From IMG/VR virus record IMGVR_UViG_3300031949_000858, positions 1-54,617 of that record: a DNA stretch of 54,617 nucleotides; one strand, written 5' to 3'. A program made the position numbers and the translations under genes. The DNA is from a virus (Duplodnaviria; Caudoviricetes). Within the stretch, counting starts at the first letter, position 1; each line of letters opens with the position of its first letter. Shown here in pieces: positions 45,763-54,305 of the stretch. The notes beneath the pieces are model-generated. The model was given only the letters and a program-made list of their open reading frames with translations. It was not told the DNA's origin and ran no database searches.

Positions 45763-46052
45763 GGGGTGGCTGGGGCCGGAGCGGTAGGAGCAGGGGCTCC
45801 GGGGGCTCCAGGGGCCGTTCCCGCCCCGCCCGGCCCCGGCCCATGCACATGCGGCGGCCCCCCATCATGCTGGTGGGTGCCGGTGTAGCGGCAGCTAAAG
45901 TTTGGCCCTTTTGTACTCCACACACATTCGTATTCGCCTACTGTCCCCGAGAGCAAAACCGGGGTCTGCTGGTGGCGGGTCCAGTAGCCGATGAAAAAGC
46001 TGGTTACCGCTAACAAGACACTACAAACGATGGCAACACTTTTCTGCACCAA
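45759..46052 (-). CDS. Small membrane-anchored protein
   Basis: N-terminal TM, Cys pair, P/A tail; GGGAG SD. Confidence 0.6.
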   Translation of the reverse strand: MVQKSVAIVCSVLLAVTSFFIGYWTRHQQTPVLLSGTVGEYECVWSTKGPNFSCRYTGTHQHDGGPPHVHGPGPGGAGTAPGAPGAPAPTAPAPATP

Positions 46053-46068
46053 GTGACTCTCCCTTCTT

Positions 46069-47184
46069 CTACTTCCAATGTCCGACTGACTCTTCCAGCC
46101 GACTCTTCCAACCAGCTATTCCACTTGTCACGCAGGCAACATGCTCTAGGCGCTTTCTTGCTTCTGGCATTGCCAAATGTGCCATAAAGATCGTATCGGC
46201 GTAGTAGTTAGTTATCTCAAACCCGACCTCTTCTAACATCTCGATATCATGGAAACCGTTATGCATAATCAGCGGGGTTCCGCTTGCTAGAAAGTCGAAT
46301 AGCCACCCGACCACCGCATCAAACTCATCTACCGCATGAAGCTTCGCTAACCCTGCTTGCCCTGTTCCAGCTAAACAGTCGTCCCTTACCCCGCCACAGT
46401 CGGGACAATGAACCCATGGAGCGCCCCCTTTTTGCCTAAAATGAACCCCAATATGCCGGAGCGACTCGACCGCCGTTAGCCCAACCAGCCGAACTACCCA
46501 CCCTGCGTTTTCTACGTCTACTGCTACTGGCTCCCCCGGCGCGAGGGCAGCCTCCCACTGCTCCATTTCAGCTAGCGTTGGAAAAATATTCGCCCCCGGC
46601 GGCGGCCGATCAAAGTCATACACGGGTGGCTGCCAGCCCTCTAGCAGTCGCCTTATTCGGATCAGGCTCTGTACCTGCGCCCCCTCCATCCCCCAGGCAC
46701 CCTGAATAATAAACGACGGATGAAGCAAGCCGACTAGCCAAGCGCCGCTACTATGCCGCAGTATCTGGCCGGCGGTTCGCTCACTCGCGCTCGGCCCGTA
46801 GAACTGCTTCATTGCTGGAACGCCAATCGGGACAATTACTTGATGGCCGGCTACTTCGCCGCTCCAATGAGCCTCTTTACAGTAGGTGATCTCTTTTTGT
46901 TTCGGAGGGCGGTTCCCTTTCGGCGGGACAACCTGTTTCGGCATCCAGCAGAGAACACAGTTCCCTACACGGATCTGCCCTCTGTCCAGCCCTGCCAACT
47001 TCAACCACTTGTCGAAAAGCTGCCCGCTCGGCCCAATAAACGGGCTTCCAAGGGCCGCCTCTACTTCGCCGGGGCCCTGACCAACAACCAGTACTCTCGC
47101 GCTCGCTGGCCCCTCAAACGGAACAAACGAGTAGCTCGTCGAAAATCCCGGACACGCCGTGCAACTTCCCGGCCTACCGGCCAT
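46069..47184 (-). CDS. Uracil-DNA glycosylase (family 4) fused to the N-terminal part of a 3'-5' exonuclease
   Basis: CTACP, GQGPG..E...PFIGPSG, NCVLC, HPS; then AVDVE (ExoI), HNGFHD (ExoII), DT..MAH, L. Confidence 0.85.
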   Translation of the reverse strand: MAGRPGSCTACPGFSTSYSFVPFEGPASARVLVVGQGPGEVEAALGSPFIGPSGQLFDKWLKLAGLDRGQIRVGNCVLCWMPKQVVPPKGNRPPKQKEITYCKEAHWSGEVAGHQVIVPIGVPAMKQFYGPSASERTAGQILRHSSGAWLVGLLHPSFIIQGAWGMEGAQVQSLIRIRRLLEGWQPPVYDFDRPPPGANIFPTLAEMEQWEAALAPGEPVAVDVENAGWVVRLVGLTAVESLRHIGVHFRQKGGAPWVHCPDCGGVRDDCLAGTGQAGLAKLHAVDEFDAVVGWLFDFLASGTPLIMHNGFHDIEMLEEVGFEITNYYADTIFMAHLAMPEARKRLEHVACVTSGIAGWKSRLEESVGHWK

Positions 47185-47437
47185 AGGTCACCGCGACTGG
47201 TTCGACCGGCTGCTCTGGCTCTTCCACCGGCGTAATCCCCTCGCTATCCATCGCTTCTACGTCAATTCCATGCCCTAGATACGTTTCGATGTCGAGTCGG
47301 GCAAACTCATAATGTTCGCCCGGTTCACGTAAAAGCGGCTGGAACGGTAATCGCCCCAGCCGCCTACGCCTGTGGAACTTCGAGTGGCTCCAGCCCAGTA
47401 GCTGGAGAACCTCAAACAGTGTCAATGTCTGCCGCAT
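47174..47437 (-). CDS. Excisionase-like HTH DNA-binding protein
   Basis: LTL.EV..LLGWS.S.F.R....G.LP...F.R.DIE.YL. Confidence 0.7.
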   Translation of the reverse strand: MRQTLTLFEVLQLLGWSHSKFHRRRRLGRLPFQPLLREPGEHYEFARLDIETYLGHGIDVEAMDSEGITPVEEPEQPVEPVAVTYGR

Positions 47438-47470
47438 CGGGCGTCCCCTCCCGGACGGCTACCTCGCTGC

Positions 47471-47680
47471 CTACACTACATCTCGGTAGCTCGCTCTGTG
47501 TTTCAAATCGTACATCGTTCTTAGCGAAACGCCGTATTCGCGGGCTAGTTTCGCTCCAGGCTCTCGCTTCAAGCGCTTTCGGATCTCTCTTACTTCATCA
47601 TCGGTAAAGTAGCGGTTTGGGCCCCTTTTATACTTGGCCCGAATCGGAGCCATCCTTACCACTCGGGGGATCGGTTTCAT
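47471..47680 (-). CDS. HTH protein resembling the C-terminal DNA-binding domain of HNH endonucleases
   Basis: FTDDEVREIR...LAREYGVS..T..D. Confidence 0.65.
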   Translation of the reverse strand: MKPIPRVVRMAPIRAKYKRGPNRYFTDDEVREIRKRLKREPGAKLAREYGVSLRTMYDLKHRASYRDVV

Positions 47681-47699
47681 AAAGCGCTCTCTCCAAAAT

Positions 47700-47779
47700 G
47701 GAACCGTACGAAGGGGCAGCCACCGCTTAGCAAAGCCACCACTTGGCAACCCCTGCCTACCACCCCTTCGTACGGTTCC
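47700..47779. repeat. 17-bp perfect inverted repeat with internal direct repeat
   Basis: GGAACCGTACGAAGGGG (47700-47716) / CCCCTTCGTACGGTTCC (47763-47779); loop contains AGCCACC(G/A)CTT(A/G)GCAA twice. Confidence 0.9.
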
Positions 47780-47786
47780 CAGTCCA

Positions 47787-48392
47787 TCAAAGAATGCTCC
47801 CGCCCGTTTTCAGCGAAAACCCGAAAACATCCCCCACTCGAAGCTGGGAGTACTGGCTGCGGTTCCCATAGAACTTAGGGCGGTTTCTCTCAGGGACCGG
47901 CTCCCCTGTCTCGTCCAGCATCGGCGCCCCGTAGGCGTTCACGCCGAGGTCTACGCCGGCAAAGCGGCTCCAGAAGATCCGCTGCCCTACCAGGTCCAGA
48001 GGGCTTTCAAAGGGCGAGCAGCGCCCACTGTGGGGCTCCCGTTCACAAACCCCCCACCCGACCGAGAGAACCCAGCCCTCTTCTTGGGTAAGCTGGGCTG
48101 CTTGGGGGATTGCGATTAGCCCTACTTGGGTGGCTGGCTTAGCCGAGACGACCCAGAGTAAATTCCCGCCGAAGGGAACCGACTCCCAGATATCGTCCCA
48201 GACTTGCCCCTTTAGCTGGGGCTGGCGGGTTTCGAACAGTACTTTGCAAGCCGTCGCCCAGCAGTCGAGAACTTCAGCAGCCGGTAGGGTAGGTGAGGTT
48301 CCGAGAAACTCCCGCATCGAAGCAATCGGGGTCCATCGAAGCCCTAGCGTTGGGTTCGTTGCGCTTGTTAGTTTCGCCCCTTCTACCGTCAT
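47787..48392 (-). CDS. Hypothetical protein
   Basis: 201 aa in the replication operon. Confidence 0.65.
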   Translation of the reverse strand: MTVEGAKLTSATNPTLGLRWTPIASMREFLGTSPTLPAAEVLDCWATACKVLFETRQPQLKGQVWDDIWESVPFGGNLLWVVSAKPATQVGLIAIPQAAQLTQEEGWVLSVGWGVCEREPHSGRCSPFESPLDLVGQRIFWSRFAGVDLGVNAYGAPMLDETGEPVPERNRPKFYGNRSQYSQLRVGDVFGFSLKTGGSIL

Positions 48393-48994
48393 GCGTGGGC
48401 CTGCTCGAAGTCCACATCCCGAATGACCTTATTCACGTCGTGGAACACTTGACCTTCTGCTGGCGTCCCTGGCTTCCCCAGGCGGCTCTTGACACTGATG
48501 ATCACTGGAACGTCGGTGATCGCTCGAAGATCCGGGCTCCTCGGATTCAGGCCATACGCTTTACAGATATCCAGATAGTTCTGCTGGCCCCGCTGGCCCT
48601 GCGCGATGATGAACCGCACAAAACTAATCCGGGTCCCCTTGAAGTCGACCAGATCGGGGTGGTCGGGCTGGTCTGCCCGGAACATGAACGAACACTGCAG
48701 CGCGTAGGTGTCCTTCCCTTCTCGGTACCACCAGTCGGCTTTTCGTTCCGCCGTTGCGGGCTGAGCCTTCTCTACCGTTGGGTTCGCCAGAACCGCTCGG
48801 ACACCCCTATGGTTGAACAGCTTTACCTGGGTGTCGGTTTCTGCAATTTCAAGCGGGAGAACGTCCTCTCCCGTCAACATTCCATTGGTTGTTTCGGTTT
48901 CGACAGTCGACTGCTGCTCCATTGTGACCAAAGCTCCTGTTGTTTCGGTTTGTTCCGTTTGTTCTATTTCGTTTCGACGCCTGCTTAGTGCCAT
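48389..48994 (-). CDS. Putative ssDNA-binding protein (DUF669-like)
   Basis: OB-like strand pattern; downstream of the AAA_24 ATPase. Confidence 0.5.
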   Translation of the reverse strand: MALSRRRNEIEQTEQTETTGALVTMEQQSTVETETTNGMLTGEDVLPLEIAETDTQVKLFNHRGVRAVLANPTVEKAQPATAERKADWWYREGKDTYALQCSFMFRADQPDHPDLVDFKGTRISFVRFIIAQGQRGQQNYLDICKAYGLNPRSPDLRAITDVPVIISVKSRLGKPGTPAEGQVFHDVNKVIRDVDFEQAHA

Positions 48995-49020
48995 GTTGCG
49001 TTGACTCCGTTTCTACTGTT

Positions 49021-49929
49021 CTACTTCTCGCCCAACCAGCTCTTCTCTACCAGTCCCCAAAGTCCCCCCTGATCATTACTCGGTGGATACACAAACGGGG
49101 GCAGCTTCTTATACCGGCCGAGCCCTCCAACGCGGTCGGCTACGACACCATGAAACTTGGTATGAGGAACCGAACGAACTATCGCTTTCCGGCTCCCCGC
49201 AACGATCTTCCCGGCCTTGTCACCCGGTACTTCGTCCGAGTCGAGAGAGCAGAATAGGTTCACGTCATTCTGTTGGAAGATCAACCTATTATAATCGCCT
49301 GTGATATCGGCTTTGATCCCGGTAATTTCTCCCTTCTCATTCACAGTCACCTTCTCGTGAATGGTGACTACATGCATATATTGCTCTTTGCCCTTTTCAA
49401 ATTCCCTCGCATGTTTCATCAACCGATAGTATTCATTCAAGAACACTAACTTCGCCTGATACCTCGCTCGGCCGTCGTCGGAGCCCCGAGCCGTCGTAAA
49501 GGTCATCGTGTCGAGATGCTCTTCGATTAGACTTGCTTGGAATGTTGAGCTATCGGTTACAATGGTTCTAACTGTATATTCCGCGAATCCTGGCAAGGTC
49601 CGAACTAGCGCGGTTAGCTCTTTCGCCGCAGCGGCTTTCGCAAGCTGCCGCATCTGCTCGAGCGAGCGAACCTGAATAAAAGGGAACCGCTGCTTTTGCC
49701 TCGTTATACTTGCTGTAGTCGGATCAAAGTTGAAGAACACCGGGTCGGGGAAGCTCGCTGCATGGGTGGTCTTCCCACTCAGCCCCGCGCCCCAGAGACC
49801 CAGCGCTAGCTCCAGGCGGGCTTCGTCGCCGTGGCTATCAGCGAAACCTAGCGCCGCCGCCCTGGCAGCGAGTGAGACTGCTGCCGGCGCCGCTGTTGCA
49901 AGGGCCTTTGGCGTTTGAAGGGTGGTCAT
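49021..49929 (-). CDS. AAA_24 / Sak4-like ATPase (recombinase)
   Basis: LWGAGLSGKTT.AASFP.P, TIVTDS, VTIHE. Confidence 0.8.
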   Translation of the reverse strand: MTTLQTPKALATAAPAAVSLAARAAALGFADSHGDEARLELALGLWGAGLSGKTTHAASFPDPVFFNFDPTTASITRQKQRFPFIQVRSLEQMRQLAKAAAAKELTALVRTLPGFAEYTVRTIVTDSSTFQASLIEEHLDTMTFTTARGSDDGRARYQAKLVFLNEYYRLMKHAREFEKGKEQYMHVVTIHEKVTVNEKGEITGIKADITGDYNRLIFQQNDVNLFCSLDSDEVPGDKAGKIVAGSRKAIVRSVPHTKFHGVVADRVGGLGRYKKLPPFVYPPSNDQGGLWGLVEKSWLGEK

Positions 49930-50231
49930 TTGGAAGGTTCCGTTTGGCTGTTCATCGCTGCCACCCTATCGGCGAAGTCTGCCATGTCCCGTAGCTGTAT
50001 CGAAGCGCAGTAGTGGTATAGTTTAGGGCTGTCTAAAGGAAACTCTCCATCATGCCAAACGTACACATCGAAACAGCTACCAGGGCCCCCTAGAGGGATA
50101 AGGATTCCGTGTCCTGTATAGCCTCCCCACTGAGGGTGGAAGAACGCAAATCCAAAAAGTCCACCAAAACCCATGTCTATTTTAGCATTCTCCTCGCATT
50201 GCTCGCCGGTTGGCTTAGTCACCGTTATCAC
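49926..50231 (-). CDS. Hypothetical protein
   Basis: HPQWGGY, CFDVYVWHDGEFP. Confidence 0.65.
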   Translation of the reverse strand: MITVTKPTGEQCEENAKIDMGFGGLFGFAFFHPQWGGYTGHGILIPLGGPGSCFDVYVWHDGEFPLDSPKLYHYCASIQLRDMADFADRVAAMNSQTEPSK

Positions 50232-51355
50232 AACACCCCCTCCAGCTGCTCTTGCGCTAGCGTTCGGTCTGCTTCGGCAGCGAACCTCGGCGTTGTTGAG
50301 AGCAAAAGCGCCTTCGCATTCTGCCGGTTCCTACACAGGTCATACATCCCACACCGAAACCCCTGCCCAGCACAAGTCATTCTCTCAGGGTGGCCGTCGA
50401 AAACTAGCTCGATCGCATCTAACGGGTCGACCCCTAGCTTCACATGCTCTTTATACTCTTCTACTAAACTGTTCATCCGCTTCAACCGGCGTACCATATC
50501 GATCTTGAACTTTAGTAGGTCTCTTTCTGAGCGGTCTACTGGCTCCCAAATTCGGCATAGCTCGCCGGTTCGGCCTCGTTCAGAGAGGAGTGTCTTTTCC
50601 CCTTTCGAACGTTTCTGTATCAGATTAATCACCGGATAAACATGCCCCAAAAAGCCAAGACACTCCTTCACCGCCAACGCTTCGCACGACACCTGCCCGG
50701 AGAGCCCGTAGTCGGCTAACGTCGCGGCTCGGAACGAAACATCACAGGTCTTATGCTCAGGGATCACGATGGTTCCCGGGTTCTTACTGGTAGGTAGATC
50801 ATCCACTGCCCACCCCACCGTGTCAAGTCGGGTCGTCATGTAGTAATCCTGGTAGCCGAGGGGGACGGCGAAAAACCGCTCTACCATCGGCCCTTCGTTG
50901 TCGTGGGCGACGACAAAGTAATTCGTTTCGGGGTCGGGCCCACTCGCGCCGGTCTCGGCACTGTAACGGCGCCAAAGCTGCTCGGCCTCAGCGCTCCACT
51001 TCGCCCAGTCTTCGTCGTTCTCTACGGCTGCCTTGTCCCGTTTCCCCCCTTCCCTCAGCGCTTCCATCCCCGCTTCGGCACTATAACGGCGGGTGACTGG
51101 AGAACCGTCCCAATCCGCCATACTAGTAGGGTCACTCAAGTACCACGCCTTCATGGCATCGTGGATTCGCTGCCCGACAAACAACGGATGCGCCATCCGA
51201 GCGCCGATACCAAAACCCCCCTTTGGATGGGGCAGTAGCTCGCCGAGAGCCCAACGCTTTTCACATGCATGAAATGCTGAGAGGCTGCTCCAGCCGATTT
51301 CGGTTCCGCCGCTATCGCCGACTCGTTTATTTAGAATGCTTTTTAGGGTTTGCAT
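50228..51355 (-). CDS. PD-(D/E)xK exonuclease, Cas4/RecB-like
   Basis: SS...F..CEK.W, G..IH, RLD, EHKT, Q...., C-terminal C..C..C cluster. Confidence 0.8.
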   Translation of the reverse strand: MQTLKSILNKRVGDSGGTEIGWSSLSAFHACEKRWALGELLPHPKGGFGIGARMAHPLFVGQRIHDAMKAWYLSDPTSMADWDGSPVTRRYSAEAGMEALREGGKRDKAAVENDEDWAKWSAEAEQLWRRYSAETGASGPDPETNYFVVAHDNEGPMVERFFAVPLGYQDYYMTTRLDTVGWAVDDLPTSKNPGTIVIPEHKTCDVSFRAATLADYGLSGQVSCEALAVKECLGFLGHVYPVINLIQKRSKGEKTLLSERGRTGELCRIWEPVDRSERDLLKFKIDMVRRLKRMNSLVEEYKEHVKLGVDPLDAIELVFDGHPERMTCAGQGFRCGMYDLCRNRQNAKALLLSTTPRFAAEADRTLAQEQLEGVL

Positions 51356-51368
51356 AGAAGTTTATCTC

Positions 51369-51557
51369 TTACCTAGGTTCGCTGCCGTTGTTACCTATTT
51401 CGGTTTCGTTCTCCTCTTCGTCTTCTATCTCTACCTTATTCGCCTTCCCCTTCCTCTTACCCTTTCCGCTGCTTACTGGTACCCGAATCCGCAGGTTCGC
51501 CACAATTAGCAACAAGCGCTCCCTTCGGTCTATTGGCCAGTTATACCTACTTACCAT
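51369..51557 (-). CDS. Small hypothetical protein
   Basis: 62 aa with GGGAG SD. Confidence 0.5.
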   Translation of the reverse strand: MVSRYNWPIDRRERLLLIVANLRIRVPVSSGKGKRKGKANKVEIEDEEENETEIGNNGSEPR

Positions 51558-51560
51558 CTA

Positions 51561-51794
51561 TCACTCCCCGGCGAGTTCACGAACCTTATCCGCTGCTCCC
51601 CCGTACTCGGCCCCTACCCACGACTCCCGCCGCTCGAGCATCGTCGCGGCTTCCTCCAGCGCAGCCCTTCTCACCTCCGTGGCGAAACGGGTGAGGATGG
51701 CGCGCGCCTCAGGAAAGTCTTCGGTCCCGTAGGTGAGGAACTCCTCGATTTCCTCCAACACCCTCTCCACCGCGTCCGGCTGCGCGTCCGTCAT
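51561..51794 (-). CDS. Hypothetical protein (MTDAQPDAVER N-terminus)
   Basis: ATG at 51794 overlaps upstream stop; RRAALEEAA motif. Confidence 0.65.
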   Translation of the reverse strand: MTDAQPDAVERVLEEIEEFLTYGTEDFPEARAILTRFATEVRRAALEEAATMLERRESWVGAEYGGAADKVRELAGE

Positions 51795-52234
51795 ACGGGG
51801 CACTCCCAGAGCGTCTTTTGGCCGGTCGGGTGCTTGTCTACCCGCGGACGCCAGCGACGGTTCCAGCTACCGCCCTTCGTGTTGTACAGCTCTCGCCAGC
51901 CTGCGGCGCGCAGCGACGTGCCGCGCTCCGTTGCCAGCGTGTAGGTGATGAGCCGGCGGTAGCCCATCGCCCGCGTCGCGCGACACGCGGCGGCGTAGAG
52001 CTTCGACGCCACGTGTGGCGTTCCGTCGGTGCAGCAGCGCGTCACCTCGGCCGTCCAGCCGTCCTGCAGGCGGCCCGCGGTCGGGCGCCCGATCACCGCG
52101 ACCCCGACGATGCGCGCGCCGTCGTTGCACGCGATGCCGAAGAGCCAGCCGCGCGGGGGCTCATGGTGGCGGTGATGCTCGGAGATCCAGGCGAACGCCT
52201 CGTCCTGGAAGATCGGCTGTAGTTCGAGGGTCAC
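51791..52234 (-). CDS. XF1762-family / Mom-like GNAT-fold protein (putative DNA modification)
   Basis: HHRHH..P, VGVAVIGRP.A, EVTRCC.DGT...SKLY.A, GYRRLITYTL..E.G.SL.AAGW. Confidence 0.8.
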   Translation of the reverse strand: MTLELQPIFQDEAFAWISEHHRHHEPPRGWLFGIACNDGARIVGVAVIGRPTAGRLQDGWTAEVTRCCTDGTPHVASKLYAAACRATRAMGYRRLITYTLATERGTSLRAAGWRELYNTKGGSWNRRWRPRVDKHPTGQKTLWECPV

Positions 52235-52440
52235 GGGGTCGGCTCCGCGCCGATGTCCTCGGCCTCCATCGCGCGGGCGGCGCGACTCGGAAGATCCTCG
52301 GCCGCGAGCCCCAGCACCTGCAGCGCGAGTGCGATGTCCTCTCGGCAAGTCGAGCGGTCGATCGACTCGATCACGACGTCGACATAGCCGCCACCCGACA
52401 GCGGGAAGTGCAGGTGAAACCGCGGGCGTAGCGTGCTCAC
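52231..52440 (-). CDS. Hypothetical protein
   Basis: 69 aa, coupled. Confidence 0.55.
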   Translation of the reverse strand: MSTLRPRFHLHFPLSGGGYVDVVIESIDRSTCREDIALALQVLGLAAEDLPSRAARAMEAEDIGAEPTP

Positions 52441-52967
52441 GTCGGCTCCGCCTCAGCGGGCGCGGAGGCGAGGGTGCGGAGCTTCCGCGCGATCTCATGC
52501 GCAGCAGCCTCGGCTGCGATATGCCACGGGCCATAGCTGACGCCCACGTCACGAGCGATCGCCTCTCCTTCAACCAGCGCGGCTATGCGAACCAGCGCGG
52601 AGACGTCGCGCACCAGGACGCGGGCCCGCGTCTCCATACGCCTGCGCCACTCGATGCCGGTCAGCGTGCCCTGGATGCTCTCCTCCATCTCCCGCACGGC
52701 GTTGAAGATCAGCACCTCGATCTCGGGCACTGTGTCTGACCCCTCCACCGCGTCCGGCTTCGCTTGTCCGCGCGCCGCGAGCAGCGCCGCTACCTGCGGC
52801 ACCTCTGCAAGCGTGCGGTGATCGCTGCTGATCGGCATGTCGCAGCGATAGACCTTGTGGCCCCGCTGCCAGTCGTTCTCGACCAGCGCGATTCGCCGCA
52901 CGTGCCACCGCTCGCCATCACAGACGATGGCGATGCGCTCCACCGCGGGCGGCTGCGCGTCCGTCAC
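52437..52967 (-). CDS. Hypothetical protein (MTDAQPPAVER N-terminus)
   Basis: GTG at 52967 after GGAGG, overlapping upstream stop. Confidence 0.6.
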   Translation of the reverse strand: MTDAQPPAVERIAIVCDGERWHVRRIALVENDWQRGHKVYRCDMPISSDHRTLAEVPQVAALLAARGQAKPDAVEGSDTVPEIEVLIFNAVREMEESIQGTLTGIEWRRRMETRARVLVRDVSALVRIAALVEGEAIARDVGVSYGPWHIAAEAAAHEIARKLRTLASAPAEAEPT

Positions 52968-53122
52968 CACCGCACCACCTCCTCTGCGGGCCACTGCAGC
53001 CAGCGCAGCTCCGTCGGGCAGCGGACGCACGTCCACACGCGCCAGACGCCTGCCTCTGTGCGCTCGTAAGTCCATCGTCCCCAGCGGTGCCACCAGCGGC
53101 AGGGCTGCGCGTCCGTCGTCAT
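52964..53122 (-). CDS. Trp-rich small protein (52 aa, not in ORF track)
   Basis: Own translation MTTDAQPCRWWHRWGRWTYERTEAGVWRVWTCVRCPTELRWLQWPAEEVVRW; 4-nt overlaps at both ends. Confidence 0.6.
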   Translation of the reverse strand: MTTDAQPCRWWHRWGRWTYERTEAGVWRVWTCVRCPTELRWLQWPAEEVVRW

Positions 53123-53400
53123 GCGCACACCCCGCACTTCCGGCAGTGCGCAACTCCAGTCAGTTGCTCGAAATCATGGGCGCACAGGGGCATCTCGAAC
53201 CTCTGTATCCCCAGCAGCCTCCTTACCTCGGATACCTCATTGGTCAGTCGCCCGAGTACGCGGACGAGTTCGGCGCCGACCTCGTAAATTGCAATGCTCG
53301 GTATGTCCACAGCACCGCGCCTGCAGGCGTCGGATGCCTCCGCGGCCTGGTTGCGCAGATACTTCGCCGCCTTCTCCGCCTCGCTCTCTGTCTCGCTCAC
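53119..53400 (-). CDS. Hypothetical protein with C-terminal Zn motif
   Basis: CAHDF...CRKCG. Confidence 0.6.
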   Translation of the reverse strand: MSETESEAEKAAKYLRNQAAEASDACRRGAVDIPSIAIYEVGAELVRVLGRLTNEVSEVRRLLGIQRFEMPLCAHDFEQLTGVAHCRKCGVCA

Positions 53401-53828
53401 GACTTGCCCTCCCGTGCGGCGCGGGCGGCAATCGCGGCTTTCCGGAGGTCCCGCTCCTCCCTCGCTGTATCCCGCTCCCCCCTCGCCGCCTCGAGCTGGG
53501 CGCGGAGGGCGTCGCGGTCGATCAGGGCTGCATCCAGCTTGGCGCTGTACTCATTCGCGGTCACCGACCAAAGATCGCCGGACACCACCGCCGCATCCCG
53601 CTCGCGCTGCAGGGCGAGCACCGCGCTCGCAGCGCGGTCCCGCTCGGCCACAATCATCCGCCGCAGGGCATCCCGCTGCCCCCGCACCGTGGCGAGCTGC
53701 TCGGCTGCTTCGCAGAGTGCGAGGTCGTCTTCGAGGTCGATCGTCTTATCCAACCCAAGCTCCAGCCGATGGTCGGTGCGTCTGCGCACCCTCGCCAAAA
53801 TCCCCCGCAGCTCCTCGTCTGTCGCCAT
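53397..53828 (-). CDS. Coiled-coil hypothetical protein
   Basis: ERD repeats; GGAGG SD. Confidence 0.65.
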   Translation of the reverse strand: MATDEELRGILARVRRRTDHRLELGLDKTIDLEDDLALCEAAEQLATVRGQRDALRRMIVAERDRAASAVLALQRERDAAVVSGDLWSVTANEYSAKLDAALIDRDALRAQLEAARGERDTAREERDLRKAAIAARAAREGKS

Positions 53829-54305
53829 CTACTTGTCCTCCTTCTTCGCCTGGCGCGCGGTGTCGATGGCTGCGCGCAGCGGGTACGGTGTATCTACTGT
53901 GGTTTCACGATTGCCACGTAACGCCTCGGCTAACTGCGCGGGGATGCACTGGCCGTCCTTCTCTAGCCAATCCAGCCGCGCCTGATCCTCCCGGGCCACC
54001 TTGAACTCTGCAATCAGCGCGAGCGCCACGGCCGGGGAGAACGCGGCGATGTAGGCGGCGTCGGCCGTGTTGCCGTCGCGCGGCGCCATGAGGTGGCCCT
54101 CGGGCGCGAACGGGCCAGGCGGGAAATAGGCGCCTTCGGCGTGGTACGTGTTCGCGATGCCTCGACCGATTGATGGATTCTCGAAGCCCACCGCGAGCAC
54201 GTGCTGGTACTTGACGCCGTTCTCCTCGCGCGCCTCCCAAGACCACGGCCCCGGCGTCGCAGCTCGCGCGAGCTTCTCCAGCTCTGTCATCTCTTCCGCC
54301 GTCAT
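53829..54305 (-). CDS. Ead/Ea22-like protein
   Basis: LA.AATPGPW...DAAYIAAFSPAVALALIAE; RLDWLE...LRAAID. Confidence 0.75.
   Translation of the reverse strand: MTAEEMTELEKLARAATPGPWSWEAREENGVKYQHVLAVGFENPSIGRGIANTYHAEGAYFPPGPFAPEGHLMAPRDGNTADAAYIAAFSPAVALALIAEFKVAREDQARLDWLEKDGQCIPAQLAEALRGNRETTVDTPYPLRAAIDTARQAKKEDK

Noticed and set aside
44491-46069. Intron or split intein joining the polymerase halves
   Set aside because: No C/S...HN intein ends or recognisable group I/II intron features; the intervening genes are not homing endonucleases or maturases
47174-47437. Evidence for lysogeny from the Xis-like HTH
   Set aside because: No integrase, CI-like repressor or partition genes recognised
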